The position numbers and the translations under genes are program-made. A stretch of DNA of 61,758 bases, counting the filler, from Sphacelaria rigidula (taxonomy: Eukaryota): assembly GCA_964200075.2 (NCBI GenBank). It is 11 parts of 11 records of this genome, joined end to end, with 100 filler letters (N's around TTAATTAATTAA, not from the genome) between each part and the next. Parts side by side here need not be neighbours in the genome. Positions count along the whole stretch, not along the records: positions 22,497 to 28,020 come from CAXNAA020026640.1; positions 28,121 to 33,643 come from CAXNAA020026641.1; positions 33,744 to 39,266 come from CAXNAA020026642.1; 8 more parts are not named here. One strand, written 5' to 3'. The notes beneath the pieces are model-generated. The model was not told the DNA's origin and did no database searches. It was given only the letters and a program-made list of their open reading frames with translations. How positions within the stretch are numbered: the first letter of the stretch is position 1; each line of letters starts with the position of its first letter. Of the stretch, positions 23,686-35,970 are shown in pieces.

Positions 23686-25254
23686 CTCGTGTCAATCCGA
23701 CATCACCACTACCCCCAGCGCCAGCAACAAAATCACCACCGCCTACTTGACCATCCCTCGAACCGCCCCCGCCGAAATCCCGCAACTCTCGCTCTTGCTT
23801 TCACCCCCCTTCAACACCCCTACTCGGCACCACTGTCTTCGCCGTCGGATTTCTGTCGCCGCCGACACCACCAACAACAATACCGCCGTCTACACCGCCC
23901 GAATCGGCGCCTACGGACCCCTACTACGACGACGGGGTCGAAAATGTGCGGCTGTCAGGCGGACACCCAAGTCAATATTGTTTTTGGCTCCTGTAGTCGA
24001 ATCGCTACCAGCACCGGGTGCGGCTCCTCCCGCAATCCGCCGCATACCCCCTCTATTATTCCCGCCGCCACCCGTGGACACTCCAAATCCTGTCGTCTCT
24101 CGACTGTTGTCCCCGACTTTGTTTTCTTCATTCTGCCCCCCGTACTCCTCCCGCTCGGCATGTACGTTGCGATCGCTCTTGTTCCCCACCTCCCTCAATC
24201 GTGTACTGTCCTCGTCTGCCCCCTCCCTCTAGGGCGTGCGTTCGTCTTCATCCTCATCGAGGTGCTCGCCCCCGTCGCGGTCCCCGCTTCTCGGGACCTC
24301 CTCCCCTGACACCCCCTGCTTTCCCGAGGCCTGTTCGTCCGCAGGTTTTGAGTCCCCGTCCTCGGCATAATATTCGTGGTCGGTTGCCTGGAGATCATGT
24401 AAGCTTACATTAAGAATGTATGTTCCCGCTCTCAGGCTTGCGCAAGATGCAACGACATCCTCGCATGCCATCCAGTCCACATCCAGTACCAGTTTCCGCC
24501 TCTTCTTCGTGCCTGAGACAAGCCCTTCTCTGAAATCCATGTCGAATACACCCTTCCCGTACTGGAAAGTAGTATACCTCGACGCGTTCTCCCGCACACG
24601 ACGGTTGGAAGGCGACAGCCAGTGCACCTCCACTTTTTTGTGATAGGCCGCGACACCATCTTTCCTCATCCTGCGCGCGTACCAATAGCTTGACCCGCCA
24701 GAAAAGGTGCATCATGGGCAAGGAAGAACACGTCCTCTCCCTTGGCTAAGGAAGGAATCTCAGGGGGTGAGTGTAGTTGTCCGCCGTCATCTCGCTCGCG
24801 CTGGCACGAATCGACGTCGTCGCGGGTGGGTCCATCCGATTGAACTCCAGCCCCCGCGTTCTTGTCGCTGCCCAGGAGCGGTCCCGGCGACGGCAACCAC
24901 CAATCGTCCAGCTCCCACTCGCAGAGGCCCTCTGCCTCCAGCAGTGTCGCGGAGTGATCCATCTCTGCCTTTATTTCTTCCCGTTTCGCGGGATCTGTAC
25001 AGCGTGGCACGGGTGCAGTGATGCGTCATGGATCCATATAGACAAACTCATTATAGGTTACGATACATCGATCGTGAGTCACTGCGCTTCCGCACCTAGC
25101 GCCCCGGTGTCACGGGATAGAGGGCATGGCGTAATGTTGAGCAGAGGAGAACATAACGTGTTGGAATCAATGTCCACCCCCTTCCTCCCTGGTGTTATAT
25201 GAACCAAATCTTGACATCGCGTCTCGGTTTTCGAGAGTTTGGCAGGCGGAAACG

Positions 25255-25475
25255 GTATGGAGAACCGCTAGTGCATATGAAAAAAAAAAGAACCTTTCTC
25301 ACTTTTATGTATTTTTTCTAATATATTTTCGGCGCATTGTAGCGGAGGTAGGAGGTAAATGAACGTTGCTATTGGGGATTATCTCGTTATTTTGACGTCA
25401 AACTTGTGAAATGCGCTTACCAATTCAGCGTGGACAACCACGGAGGTATGGTGAACAAATTAAGAAAGTGGACCT
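25255..25475 (+). repeat. Interspersed repeat shared with 40335-40550
   Basis: GTATGGAGAACCGCTAGTGCAT and CAGC(G/A)TGGA(C/G)AACCAC(G/A)GA(G/C)GTATG(G/C)TGAACAAAT blocks occur in contigs 5 and 8. Confidence 0.75.
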
Positions 25476-25892
25476 TCATAGTTTTTGGCGAGAGCTTCGT
25501 TTATTGGCAAAACCATTGTCGGCACTATACCATAATGCGCTAAACCAATGGCGAAGAGGTTAATACGTACAATCGACTGTGCGCTTGGCAATCCCGGCTC
25601 CCCTCATTTTTGAGAGTTTGACCTTAAGACGGTGCATGGGGAAATAAATGAGGGCTGCGCGGAGAAAGTTTTTTGAACACGCCCCCACCCCCCCCCCCCC
25701 CCCCCCCGCGCCCCAAACCCTCCACACTCCCCCCCCTCCGTTTTCCCACNNNNNNNNNNAAAATGCGGGGCGCGGGGGGAAAGTGGTTTCAGCCCCCCCC
25801 CCCCCCCCCCCCCCTCCCCCAGAGGGCATTACATGCGGACAATTGTCGCGATTTTTTTATATCAATTTTGGCGCAGGAAATCGAGCAATAGT

Positions 25893-26150
25893 CACTGCCA
25901 AAAACCGATAAGTCTGGTGGGCTCAGGGGGGTTCGCATATCTGCTTCTTCTCCTTCCCCGCTGTGTCCCGATGACTTTGGATGCCAGAGGACATTTGTGC
26001 CAAAGTTGCTATAACTGTTCATATTTGTTTCGACCATCTTGTTGCAATAATTGATCTATAAACACTGCCAAAAGCCGCAAAGTCTGGTGGGCTTTGCGGG
26101 GTTCATATATTTGCTTTTACCTCATGCCCGCTCTGTCCCGATGGCCTCAG
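25893..26150 (+). repeat. Diverged direct repeat, ~88-bp units 170 bp apart
   Basis: CACTGCCAAAA..CG..AAGTCTGGTGGGCT...CCCGCT.TGTCCCGATG at 25893 and 26063. Confidence 0.8.
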
Positions 26151-27960
26151 GTCCCCATGTCAATGATGTCTGTTCGCGGCACCTGACCGCATCCGCCTAC
26201 GCTTCGGTATCAAACGGGGGGGGGGGGGGGGGGCGCGAGCGTCGCCCCCCATCAAAACTGGGGATTTGTTATGTCGGGGCACGCATGATAATACTTGTGT
26301 CTGAACGCTGCCCCACCGGCCTCGTGACGAAAAATATCGCGCGTCCCGTCTGCGTCGTCTTTGGTGGGTTCCCGGGATTTGGCTCTTCACGGAGAGGTGA
26401 ATATTGCTTGCCGCTCCTGAAAACAGTCTAGTTCAGGTTTGGCGATAACTGCTGGTTGATGCTGTTTTCATTCTCCGTATCAATTTTGAAAGTCCAAGAC
26501 TCGACGTCTACGTTAGATGGGTGCAACTTCAAGACAGTGGCGGTTGAAATAAGAAAACAGGGGTTACTACACCCCTTCCTGTCGAAGGGTTACTGGAGTT
26601 TGCAATTGTTGGGTGGGGTCTCGTGAGAAGAAAACGAGAAACAAATGATGACATTGATAGATTTCTGTCACTTATTTTGGCGCTGGTTTCCCAATATATT
26701 GGGGATTTAATACCATATGTTCACGACGTCGCGCGAACCTATCGGAAATAACCGAGAAAGGAAGGCGTACTCTGCCTTTTGCCATTCTCCAGAGCACAGT
26801 TCTAACACTTAAGCTGATACAATGATAACATTCAAGAACACCCGCTTCTTCGCCAATCTCCCGTACGGAACGAGAAAGAAAATGAGAAGAAAACATAAAT
26901 AGTAGCTGATACCGCCCCGTCGTGCTCGCATGTTCATATGGAGTAAACACGGGTAAAACAGACATATCTAAATCGTGGGCGAACTGCCAATTCTGGTATT
27001 TTTGCGGGGTCGGTCGTACCGTTCTCGCAGTCCAGATCGTTTGACGATCCCTCTGCCTCCGCTCTCTCGTTCATCGGAACGGGCTATAGGCTGACGACAA
27101 CCGAAGCACTAACGAGTCAGGCGATTCGCCGCTGATATGAGGTTAGATGGTACCACACAGCACGATCGATGTAGGGGGCTCGTCTTTGCGTGGATCCGGG
27201 TGCGAGCGCAACGGCAAAAAATAACACGAGCATTCAAACTCACCGGCAGGATACAGTGCATCCACTCGGTCATGCACAGCTTTGTACCGTTGCTTGATGT
27301 ACTTGATCGTTGTGGGGTCGACTGTCTTCAGTTCGAACGGCGGGGCTGCTTCGACAAGAGGAAGGGCACCTCGGAAGAGAACCCGAGGCTCAGCCTCATA
27401 CACTCCCGCGGCGGTCTTCCCGGTGAAAGTCGGGGCGTGCATGGATTCCTTCATGCCAACTGTCACCTAATTATCCCCCGCGGGCCTCAACTCGAACGCA
27501 CGCGGCTGTGTGATACCGGGGGTAGTGATAACCCGGCCGCCGCCGAGGCAAGCGTCCTTGTAATTCCCCAGCGCACGAAGTGTGGTGGTGTGAACCGGCA
27601 ACTCCTTATAGGCTTTTCTGAAGGCGTCAGCTTGCTGTCGCCTCGTGAACAGGTCTACCCCCTTGCAGTGGACAGACAGCCTGTGGGTGCGGTACGTACG
27701 TGGATGTGCATCATCCGCCACAGTAAACGGGGTCGTTGATGGTTCGGACGCTTGACCGGTCGCAGATGATCAGACGCCGCAATGGCGCTGGGGTTTCGGT
27801 GTCAGTCATTGACAAACTTCTGTGGTTTTCTATGGGCGGCAGACCGAGGACTATTGTGTACATTTTTTTGTTCTTGGAGGAGTGGACCCCCACATCCTGA
27901 GACGGAAATGCCTCCGGGGATGTGTTTTCGCTGTGTCGCTGGGAGTTGGGGGGGGAAAGA

Positions 27961-28020
27961 GAGGGGGGGGGGGGTACTCATTTGTTGCTTGCCTTAGTCG
28001 TTTGACCATTGACCACGCAT
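27961..28020 (-). repeat. ~75-bp poly-C-flanked dispersed repeat, copy 5 (cut by contig end)
   Basis: polyG-TACTCATTTGTTGCTTGCCTTAGTCGTTTGACCATTGACCACGCAT. Confidence 0.9.
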
Positions 28021-28120
28021 NNNNNNNNNNNNNNNNNNNNNNNNNNNNNNNNNNNNNNNNNNNNTTAATTAATTAANNNNNNNNNNNNNNNNNNNNNNNN
28101 NNNNNNNNNNNNNNNNNNNN

Positions 28121-31100
28121 TACGATCTCTCCCGCATGGCAGCACATCTCTACAGCCGCACTAAGGCTCCCCGGATCCGGTTTAGCATCCCTAACTGCCT
28201 GCGTCTGCCGCAAAGCTTCCAGCCCTTTTCTCCACTCCCCCGCGGTATCGCAAGCACGGATGACGGACGCCACCATACACCCTGCCGGTCGCAGTCCCTG
28301 ATCACACATCTCGGACAGCAGCCTTAAGCCACGATGCCAGCAACCGGCCTGTTATCACCAACACGGGACGAGTGATGAGTTGACAGTGACAGCATAACTT
28401 GATGGGAAAATCTCGGGCTCTGCGGTACGTTGAAGGGTGAGATAAGCAAGCCAACGGGGGCCACTGGGATGGACGCCCTTGCCATGAATAGCAACGGGCA
28501 GGTCTATGTGCGACAATCAATTAGATCCATGAGTCAACAAACCAAGTTTGACCCTGAGCATGGTCGAGTTAGCCGCGGACACCTTGTGGCATCACCATCA
28601 GATAGTACCACCCCAAAAAGTGAAAACACCAGAGTCGAGGATCGAACACCCAATTCCGTGACCGTTCCATCGTACTGCACCGCGTGATTGTTGTCTCCAC
28701 AATGACTTGTCGGGGAAGTAGAAAGACCGTACGAACCTAAATTTGCCTTAGCAGTGTACCAGTAATGTGCACGGCGTCTACCTTGCTACACGCCCACACG
28801 GCGGTATTGAAGGTCCGAACGCCCGGCTTCATGCCTAATCTCTTCATTTCTTGCAAGAGCTGTAGCGTCATATCTGAACGCCCTCCTTCCCCAGTTGCTC
28901 GTATCACAGCAGAATAGAACTTTTTGTTGGGCCGGATGCCCTCTGCCTCCATGGCCTTTTCGATAAACACAGGAGACATGGCACAATGGTGCAAGGGAAG
29001 AACCCAACAACGTCATCAACGCATCGATTAGCATATGTCACGACTTATCACGACAAGCAGCCATGCACATGACAGTGCGACCAGGTACAGTATAGTTGGT
29101 GACTGCAGTACTTTTACATGACCGGCGGTACTGAGACATCAGCATTTGTAATATACATGCCCAGTGAACTCGATGCCACGCAAACGCGCTCACCACCCAC
29201 ACGCTACGGGCAGAGGGTGGAAAAGCACAACACATCGACGGTGCGCCGTAGTGCAAGATTCAAGACTCGAATACTGCGTGGTACAACACACCACCTTCAC
29301 GCGCATCCCGGATCGCTTACAACTTGTCAGCACCAGTTTAATAAGTATCATCACGCCGACAACCAGCTGTGGGCATCAGTTCATGGCTGAATGTACGTCA
29401 CCGAAGCAGGTTCAAGACCATACATTCTATGCACTCACCTTTGTTAAATTGAGGGCTTCCGCCCACTTGCCCGAAGAAGCGCACGCATGAGCAGCAGCGA
29501 GGTATACCGATGCTGTGGGGCGTGGATCACGATAACGCGATTGTTCTAGCAAGGCTAGTGCCGTCTCCCATTGCCCCCCCCTTCCGCACCTGGCCGACCG
29601 AACCAACGGACACGTTCATCAGGAGGAACACAGCACAACTTATTTTGCCTCAGAGTCAGCAGCAGCGTCTGCGGTTTTACGTAATGCCTCTCAACACTAA
29701 AAAATACGCTACTTTACACGATAGCTATAAGATGAAAAGCCGATAGAGACCCTCTTTCATGGCATGAAAAATGAGCATACTTTGGCCGTTCGTTCAAGGA
29801 TCAGGCTTTCCGTCTTTCGCAATGACGTCTCTACTGTGTGGATTCGAACCACGAAATGGACAATCTTCGGATCATAGCCCAAGACAGCTGGGTTGCCCCT
29901 ATACAGTGGGCAATCCAACACCATCCTTCCGCAGCAAGTCGGCCGCGGCAGCAAAGCCACTTCCCGTCACTCACGCAGCAACGACGGCTGATAGTACCAA
30001 AATAGTTGGCACGTATCCGTTGAATCGCATCTCTTCCAGTAATAGCACAGCATGCTCCCATGCATCCCCCTGCGCGTGAGACGTTGCGAATCCAACAGCA
30101 GCAAGGCTATTTATTAATATGAAAGAACAAGTCTTCATAACAGAGCGCAACAGTTCGGGTTTCATCGAAGTCATTGCAACTGCAACTGTATGGCTGGCTG
30201 TCAGAAAATACGGGTAAACTTTCACGCGGGTCGCAGATACCGACGGACGATATTCGTGCAGATGTTGAGACCGGACCGATGTGTACTTGAAATGCGAATA
30301 ACATCTTATCGATGCGACGTAACCAGCTGAAAACCACCACACCACGCTTGTGCTGGAACATTGCGCCCCATACGTGTTACGTGAGCTCGGAGAAACGCAA
30401 AAATAGCTGATACAGGAAGTAAGACGGCAAATCACCTTTGCGCATGAGTCAATGGCGGCATTGAAGGCCACCTCGGTTGGAGGATAACCCACAAGCTTCA
30501 TTTCCCTCATCAAGTCCAGAAGAAGCTCCCATTGCCCCGCCCGTCCCAGAGCGTTTGCCTGTAGAATCATCCAACGAGACATGGAGGATACAGAGGCAAA
30601 AAGCAACTCAAGTTACAGGTTCAACACATCACTAATGGGGAAGAATGGGCTGTAGGTCGTTTCAACTCAACCGTGCTTCCAGCTGGTGAAAAAGCGTCCC
30701 CAAACGTGCGGCGAGTATTTCGGGCACACCCACAAAACCCCTGACTCATGATCAATCAATCGAAACAGCAGCTGCATGCATTTTACAGCAATCACGGAGC
30801 TGCCTTGATACATCGACTTCGAGAAGGGGGTCATGTGCCATGTGCCATGTGTAATATGTTACGAGTATGTGTTACAGGCTCGTTTACGCTCAGTCCTAAA
30901 AATCAATCTTGCGCGAATGTTCACGCCGATTCTCGGAGGTAAACTCTCACAACATGTACACAAATACTACGAGGCATTACAAAACTTTCGATAGGCAGCG
31001 TTTTTTCTTTTCATTCTTCCGTCGGTTATCGGGAGTGCCAAGGTCCATGCCCTTCTGGACCTCCGATAATTGGCGAAGTAATAGTAACAAAAACACCGTC

Positions 31101-33422
31101 CATGACCCTAAAAGGCACAAGTTTTCAACTACTTTGTTTCAGAAAAAAATTACGTTTTCAGGTACGTTTAACCTGAAAATGACCTCATTACATCATTTCC
31201 TCGAGTCGAGTCAAGCAACGATACTTTGTACGTGTAGTACTTGGTCTGTGCAGCAACGCGTATTCTTGTCAAGACATTATGTACCCTCTTCCGGGGGTCT
31301 TCTCGCCGAGGCTCTAGGAATCCGGTGACGAGCTTAAAAACTTTGCAACATTCCCCATTTCCCCCATTTGGAGCACCAATACCAACCGAGCTGTCAAGTT
31401 TGAGCGCGCTCGGACCTTTCAACGGCAGATATGAGGGGAACCGTCGCTAGGCTTCCTGGGTCTTTGGTGCTTATCAGTTATCATCACTGGAAATCCCACG
31501 GCGCCAAAACCCGACGTCACAAAAATACCACGGTTTCGGTAACCGTTTTCAAGTACCTTTTTCCCGTGAGATTCCCGAGCTGATGGCGGTTAGTACGACT
31601 TGAAGCATGTGGAGATCGGGTACAACTTGGGCTGTGGATTCGAATTTTCAATTTCAAAACAATTTGGCGGACGCACTTAGTCGAGGTACCTTTTCGCCCT
31701 TGGCGCTACCGCTATGCATCTCGCCTGAGGACTAGTAGCGACGGTACTGGAAAGGCGAGCCCACGGGCTCGAGAGATCGGGCCAGTATGCAGAAATGTAT
31801 GTTTATATATATATATATATGGTCAACAACAATCCGGCTATGTCACCCTCTTCAGTGGTCCATGGCGGTCGGTATGATATCGTACGACTATTGAATCGAC
31901 AGGTATTGCCGAAGTCATTTGCTCATGAGTGAGCTTTGGGTCAAAACCGTGAGACAGACATCTCGTACGTGTCATGTGCCATGCCAACATGTGTTATGTC
32001 ATCGTTATCGGTAACCCCGCAAGAGTGAACGAACAAAAACAAACGACAGGGAAACGGCTGCTCACCGTAGCCCCGAAGCTCATGTGATCTGCTTCCAGAC
32101 CTAGGCCTCGCATCTCTTGCAACAACGACTGTGCCAGCTTCCACTCACCCACTCGCGCGCAGGCGTGGATGGCCGTGTTGAAAGTAATGGGATTCGCCTG
32201 TGACGGTCCAATCAACCAATGCGTTTGCGGCGCCACCAGAAATTAATATTTGATGAGACTTCAGCGGACGGCGATCTCAATTTGTGCGCATTCAGCACCG
32301 CACTCTAAGCGACTCGCCTCTTATGCGCTGTGAAACCATCACGTGATGACCGCATACTGTTTAGCAACTTGGAAGCCACCCAACCACTGACGACCCCTCT
32401 CTCACGTTCCATGTGATCGACACACACACGCGTACACAGCAACTAGGCCATTGCCGGAAGGACGACCGCTAAGCTAACCTTTGACCGAGTGATTGTGCTC
32501 CTAAATCAAGTACTTTTACAGTCACCTAGTATGGATAACGTATGGCTGCTCTCACCGTGACCTTTCCCCCATTATTCTCGACTTCTCTTAGCAGCGCCAG
32601 CGCCTTCTCCCACTTCCCTGCCTTTGCCAAGGCATTGATCGCGGCGTTAAAACTCACGATATCTGGCTCAAGAACTTTTTTCCCGTACTCATCACCCCTA
32701 CCCGATCGCAACTGCTCCAACAGGCTGAGCGCAATTTCCCACTTTTTCGCCACGGCACACCTGCAACGCACGACATCAGACGGAAGGAAACGAAGCAACG
32801 GCCGTTACGCCTTCAGAGAAGAGAGCGAAATGATAGGGAGTAGACCGTCCTGCACTACGCAAAGCTTCATTACTTCGACCGTCTTTTCCAACATACTACG
32901 GAACAAGTAGGCATCGGTATTATCAACAACCAACAAACGACACAGTGACATCCGCATCAAGGCATACCATCATTCGTGGAAGGGCATGACCTTTACTCAG
33001 TATGAAAAAATGAAGAAATGGGTCAGATTTTGCTCGGTCGAAGGCTTTCCAGAAACAAAAATCGCCGCAGACTCCTATTGTAGTAAGCATTGCAAAGCCG
33101 TATGTCAAAAACTCCCCGACACGCGCACTCCCGCAAAAAAGACGACATAAAAACACGATTCATTCATCACGGTTTTCCACGACCCTACCGGATGAAGATC
33201 CATAGAATAGATATCCTTCCATTCCCAATAGCATCTGCCGAAGCACCATTATAAGAGGACTAGATCCTGCCCCAGGATTCCGGCAAAAAAAAACTATCCA
33301 CTCACGCGTTGATGGCGATATTGAGCGTTCGCAAATTGGGACGCTGACGATGTGGTGACTCCTCGGCCCGCATTTTCTGAAGAATCCGCAGCGCCTTTTC
33401 CCATTCCCCGGCATGCCCACAG
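28121..33422 (-). CDS. Pentatricopeptide repeat (PPR) protein, eight internal exons
   Basis: Exons 33422-33306, 32760-32556, 32197-32066, 30558-30436, 30069-29975, 29589-29439, 28955-28782 and 28348-contig end are GT-AG and in frame. They give tandem ~35-aa motifs such as PDIVSFNAAINALAKAGKWEKALALLREV, ITFNTAIHACARVGEWKLAQSLLQEMRGLG and VRTFNTAVWACSKAGCWHRGLRLLSEMCDQG. Confidence 0.93.
30872..31800 (+). mobile_element. Intronic interspersed repeat, same family as 18811-20135; partial inverted copy at ~57370-57500
   Basis: Shared blocks as listed for 18811-20135; CATTACAAAAC.TT.G...TTCCG.CGGTTA also matches the minus strand of 57370-57490. Confidence 0.6.
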
Positions 33423-33579
33423 CTGCAGACAAGAGTCATTGTGATCCACAGCAACGATTGAGTAGGGCATATCAGGACATGCCGACGTTAGTCAACGCTG
33501 CACGGTTGGCATTTGGTGCACAATGCCAGTACAAAATACGCATGACGACATACCTAGTTCAACCTCGTCATGGCCGGTC

Positions 33580-33643
33580 GCCTCGGTGGCTCAGGTGGTA
33601 ACCTCGTAACCTCCTGATGGTTGAGTTGTGGGGTTCGATTCCC
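33580..33643 (+). mobile_element. tRNA-derived SINE head or tRNA pseudogene, cut at contig end
   Basis: A box TGGCTCAGGTGG and B box GGTTCGATTCCC at tRNA-like spacing, but no proper anticodon stem. Confidence 0.6.
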
Positions 33644-33805
33644 NNNNNNNNNNNNNNNNNNNNNNNNNNNNNNNNNNNNNNNNNNNNTTAATTAATTAAN
33701 NNNNNNNNNNNNNNNNNNNNNNNNNNNNNNNNNNNNNNNNNNNCCCATTAACTCTTGCGATCACCCGTACCCTTCGCCGCTGCCCCCGATCAATCATTTC
33801 CGCAG

Positions 33806-35301
33806 GATCATGCAGAAGACGTGCAAGACGCATCTCTTTCAAGTGTCGACGCTCGGCGTAACATCAAGTTGCGCAGAGTCAGCGATTTGTGTAGGCCACG
33901 TACTGTCCCTCAAGGAGGAGAGCACGGATGGGGTAGAGGTGGAGCAGGAGCGGTGGTCTTGGAGTCTACCGAGACCCAGCGTCCGGTGTTCGTTGTACCG
34001 TTGACTGCTGCTCAGCACAGCATGATGTTTGTTTTTGGTTAGCCAGTTCCAAGTGCTCCCGGGGTTTTGCAGCTAATTTGCCGATGCGGTAGTACGTGTT
34101 TTCCCGTGTTGATGGCTTATGAGCTATTCTTGATGGGTCCCTCGGCACATGTTTCGAGTGCATTTTCGAAAATCCGATGCGGTTGGCGAGAGTCCCTGGC
34201 AAAATCGACTTGCTGCAGCTCATAGATGGGAGGCGCTCCATTGGCTTCGTGCAAGAAAATTTGTTATGATCCGCTGCCATCGAGGGTGAGATCATGTAAC
34301 AGAATCCAGGGTCACACCACGTTTTGCGACTTTTCTCGGCACGAAAAGGCGGGATATCACCAGTCATATCACACGCGATGACTTGCGCTTTCAAAAACAA
34401 CGACGGAAACTGCGGCGAAATTGTTTAACAGAAAAAGTGATTTCAAGATATCCACGAGTCCACGCGATGACTTGCGCTTTCAAAAACAACGACGGAAACT
34501 GCGGCGAAATTGTTTAACAGAAAAGTGATTTCAAGATATCCACGAGTCCCAAGTCCACACGACGAATGGTGGCATCAACTGCATTTGCGATGAATTCGGG
34601 CACAACCTGGCTAAGTCGTATCTTTTACTCGAACCTCACGACTCACACTACTTTGGAGACATTTTGAGCGGTGCATTTTTCCACAAATGCGACGTGTGGG
34701 CCAGCGCGCAACATATTTCAACATTATTCTGCCATTCCATTCAGGCAACGGGTGGCGGGAATGTTCACTATGCTACACATGTAAACTTTTCGTCTCATTA
34801 TCGGAACCGGTGAAGCGAGTCATGTTATGATAAGACCTCACTCTCAATCGTACTCTCCACGCTCAATTTCACGGAAACATTATTAGGTTTGCCGGCAGGA
34901 TTTTGCTCTAATGTCCAAGTTAAGCGTTTTGTCTATTAATGATGCAGGGATAACCGGCCGCTGAAAGCCATGAAAAGCCTGCTCTCAATCGTATCGTAGG
35001 CTCTCAATCTCACGAAACTACTGTTCATAGTGCTAGAACGAGAAAGTACGGAAATGTGGAGATCACGAGCAGCAGCGTCGCGCATCCTCAAACGACTGAG
35101 AACGATACTGATGTTGTTGACGATCAAGAGTTTCACGTTGTGCGGATTGGCTACGCGCTGCATGTCCTACACACGGCTATGACTGCGGAATTGGAGAGTG
35201 AATTTCTCATGGGCCCCATGGGGTCAGGTTCATGGCATGAATGGGAGGAATCCCATCTTGTCAGTCGCTTGGGCACGGTCTGGTTCTCCCTGTCCAGATG
35301 A
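33806..35301 (+). CDS. Possible last two exons of an unknown protein
   Basis: Exons 33806-33985 (ccgcag| acceptor, weak gtgttc donor) and 35031-35301 (catag| acceptor) join in phase 2 and end ...FHVVRIGYALHVLHTAMTAELESEFL...WHEWEESHLVSRLGTVWFSLSR*. No family recognised. Confidence 0.4.
34372..34548. repeat. Near-perfect 89/88-bp tandem duplication
   Basis: CACGCGATGACTTG...TCCACGAGTC occurs twice, differing by one A in a homopolymer. Confidence 0.95.
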
Positions 35302-35394
35302 ACATTTTCAGTATGTACAGGCAGTCACTTGAAACACCGTGGCTCTCCCGACCTAGGAACACATGGTGAGCAGTCTGACATCAAAATCACTCTT

Positions 35395-35970
35395 TGCGCC
35401 TTGGCTTCTCCGGTGGAACCCTCAGACACAACAGCCGAAGTTCATGTGTGATCTCGCTCTTTGCAACTCAATACATGAAGGGCACTCGCTGTTGAAAGGC
35501 GAATTTTCATTTAGTGCACAGCCGTACAGAACGAAGCAGCACCTGGTGCCATGCCACAAAGTGAAATGCCATCTGTCACACACTGCTCGCCGCAAGAAAA
35601 AAAACACGCAGCTCAAAACGAGGCTTGCCGAACATCATAGTTTGCATCTCATTCTAATACTATTATCAGTATATACAGACAGGTACTGAATACATGACCG
35701 CGGTCGCCAGCAGATGTAACGCATATAGTCGTACTAAAGTCGCTCTCGACGGCTTGGCTTCTGCACTGGAGCCCTAACATGAAGCAGCCGCCAGCTTTGT
35801 CCTTCTGTCAACTCTCCCTCTGTAATTCGACACTTCAGAGGATACTCGCGGTTGAAAGGCGAATTTGTCCTTTCCGCACAGCCGCACAGAACAAAGCAGC
35901 GCCTGGGGGCACACAACCAGAGTGCATGTTGTCACAACTTGCTCACGGCAGGAAAAGAAGCATGCGCACC
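35395..35970 (+). repeat. Diverged ~215-bp direct repeat (two copies ~355 bp apart)
   Basis: CTTGGCTTCT...ACTCGC.GTTGAAAGGCGAATTT...GCACAGCCG.ACAGAAC.AAGCAGC.CCTGG at ~35400 and ~35753. Confidence 0.8.

Larger units (their letters stand above)
24416..27680 (-). pseudogene. Intron-containing DNA-transposase-like pseudogene (Sola/DUF7869-like, post-catalytic half)
   Basis: Exon 27680-27244 (cag|...|gtgagt) reads RLSVHCKGVDLFTRRQQADAFRKAY...NYKDACL...GITQPRAFEL...*VTVGMKESM...ALYPA, with an in-frame TAG at 27467-27469. It splices in phase 1 to an exon from 24994 (D-PAKREEIKAEMD...WELDDWWLP). A frameshifted tail carries P/FWxxKL...VEVHWL. Family call is by recalled motif spacing only. Confidence 0.5.

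Noticed and set aside
23671..24413. Overlapping 130-212 aa ORFs
   Set aside because: C-rich low-complexity sequence open in several frames, with no motif or splice support.
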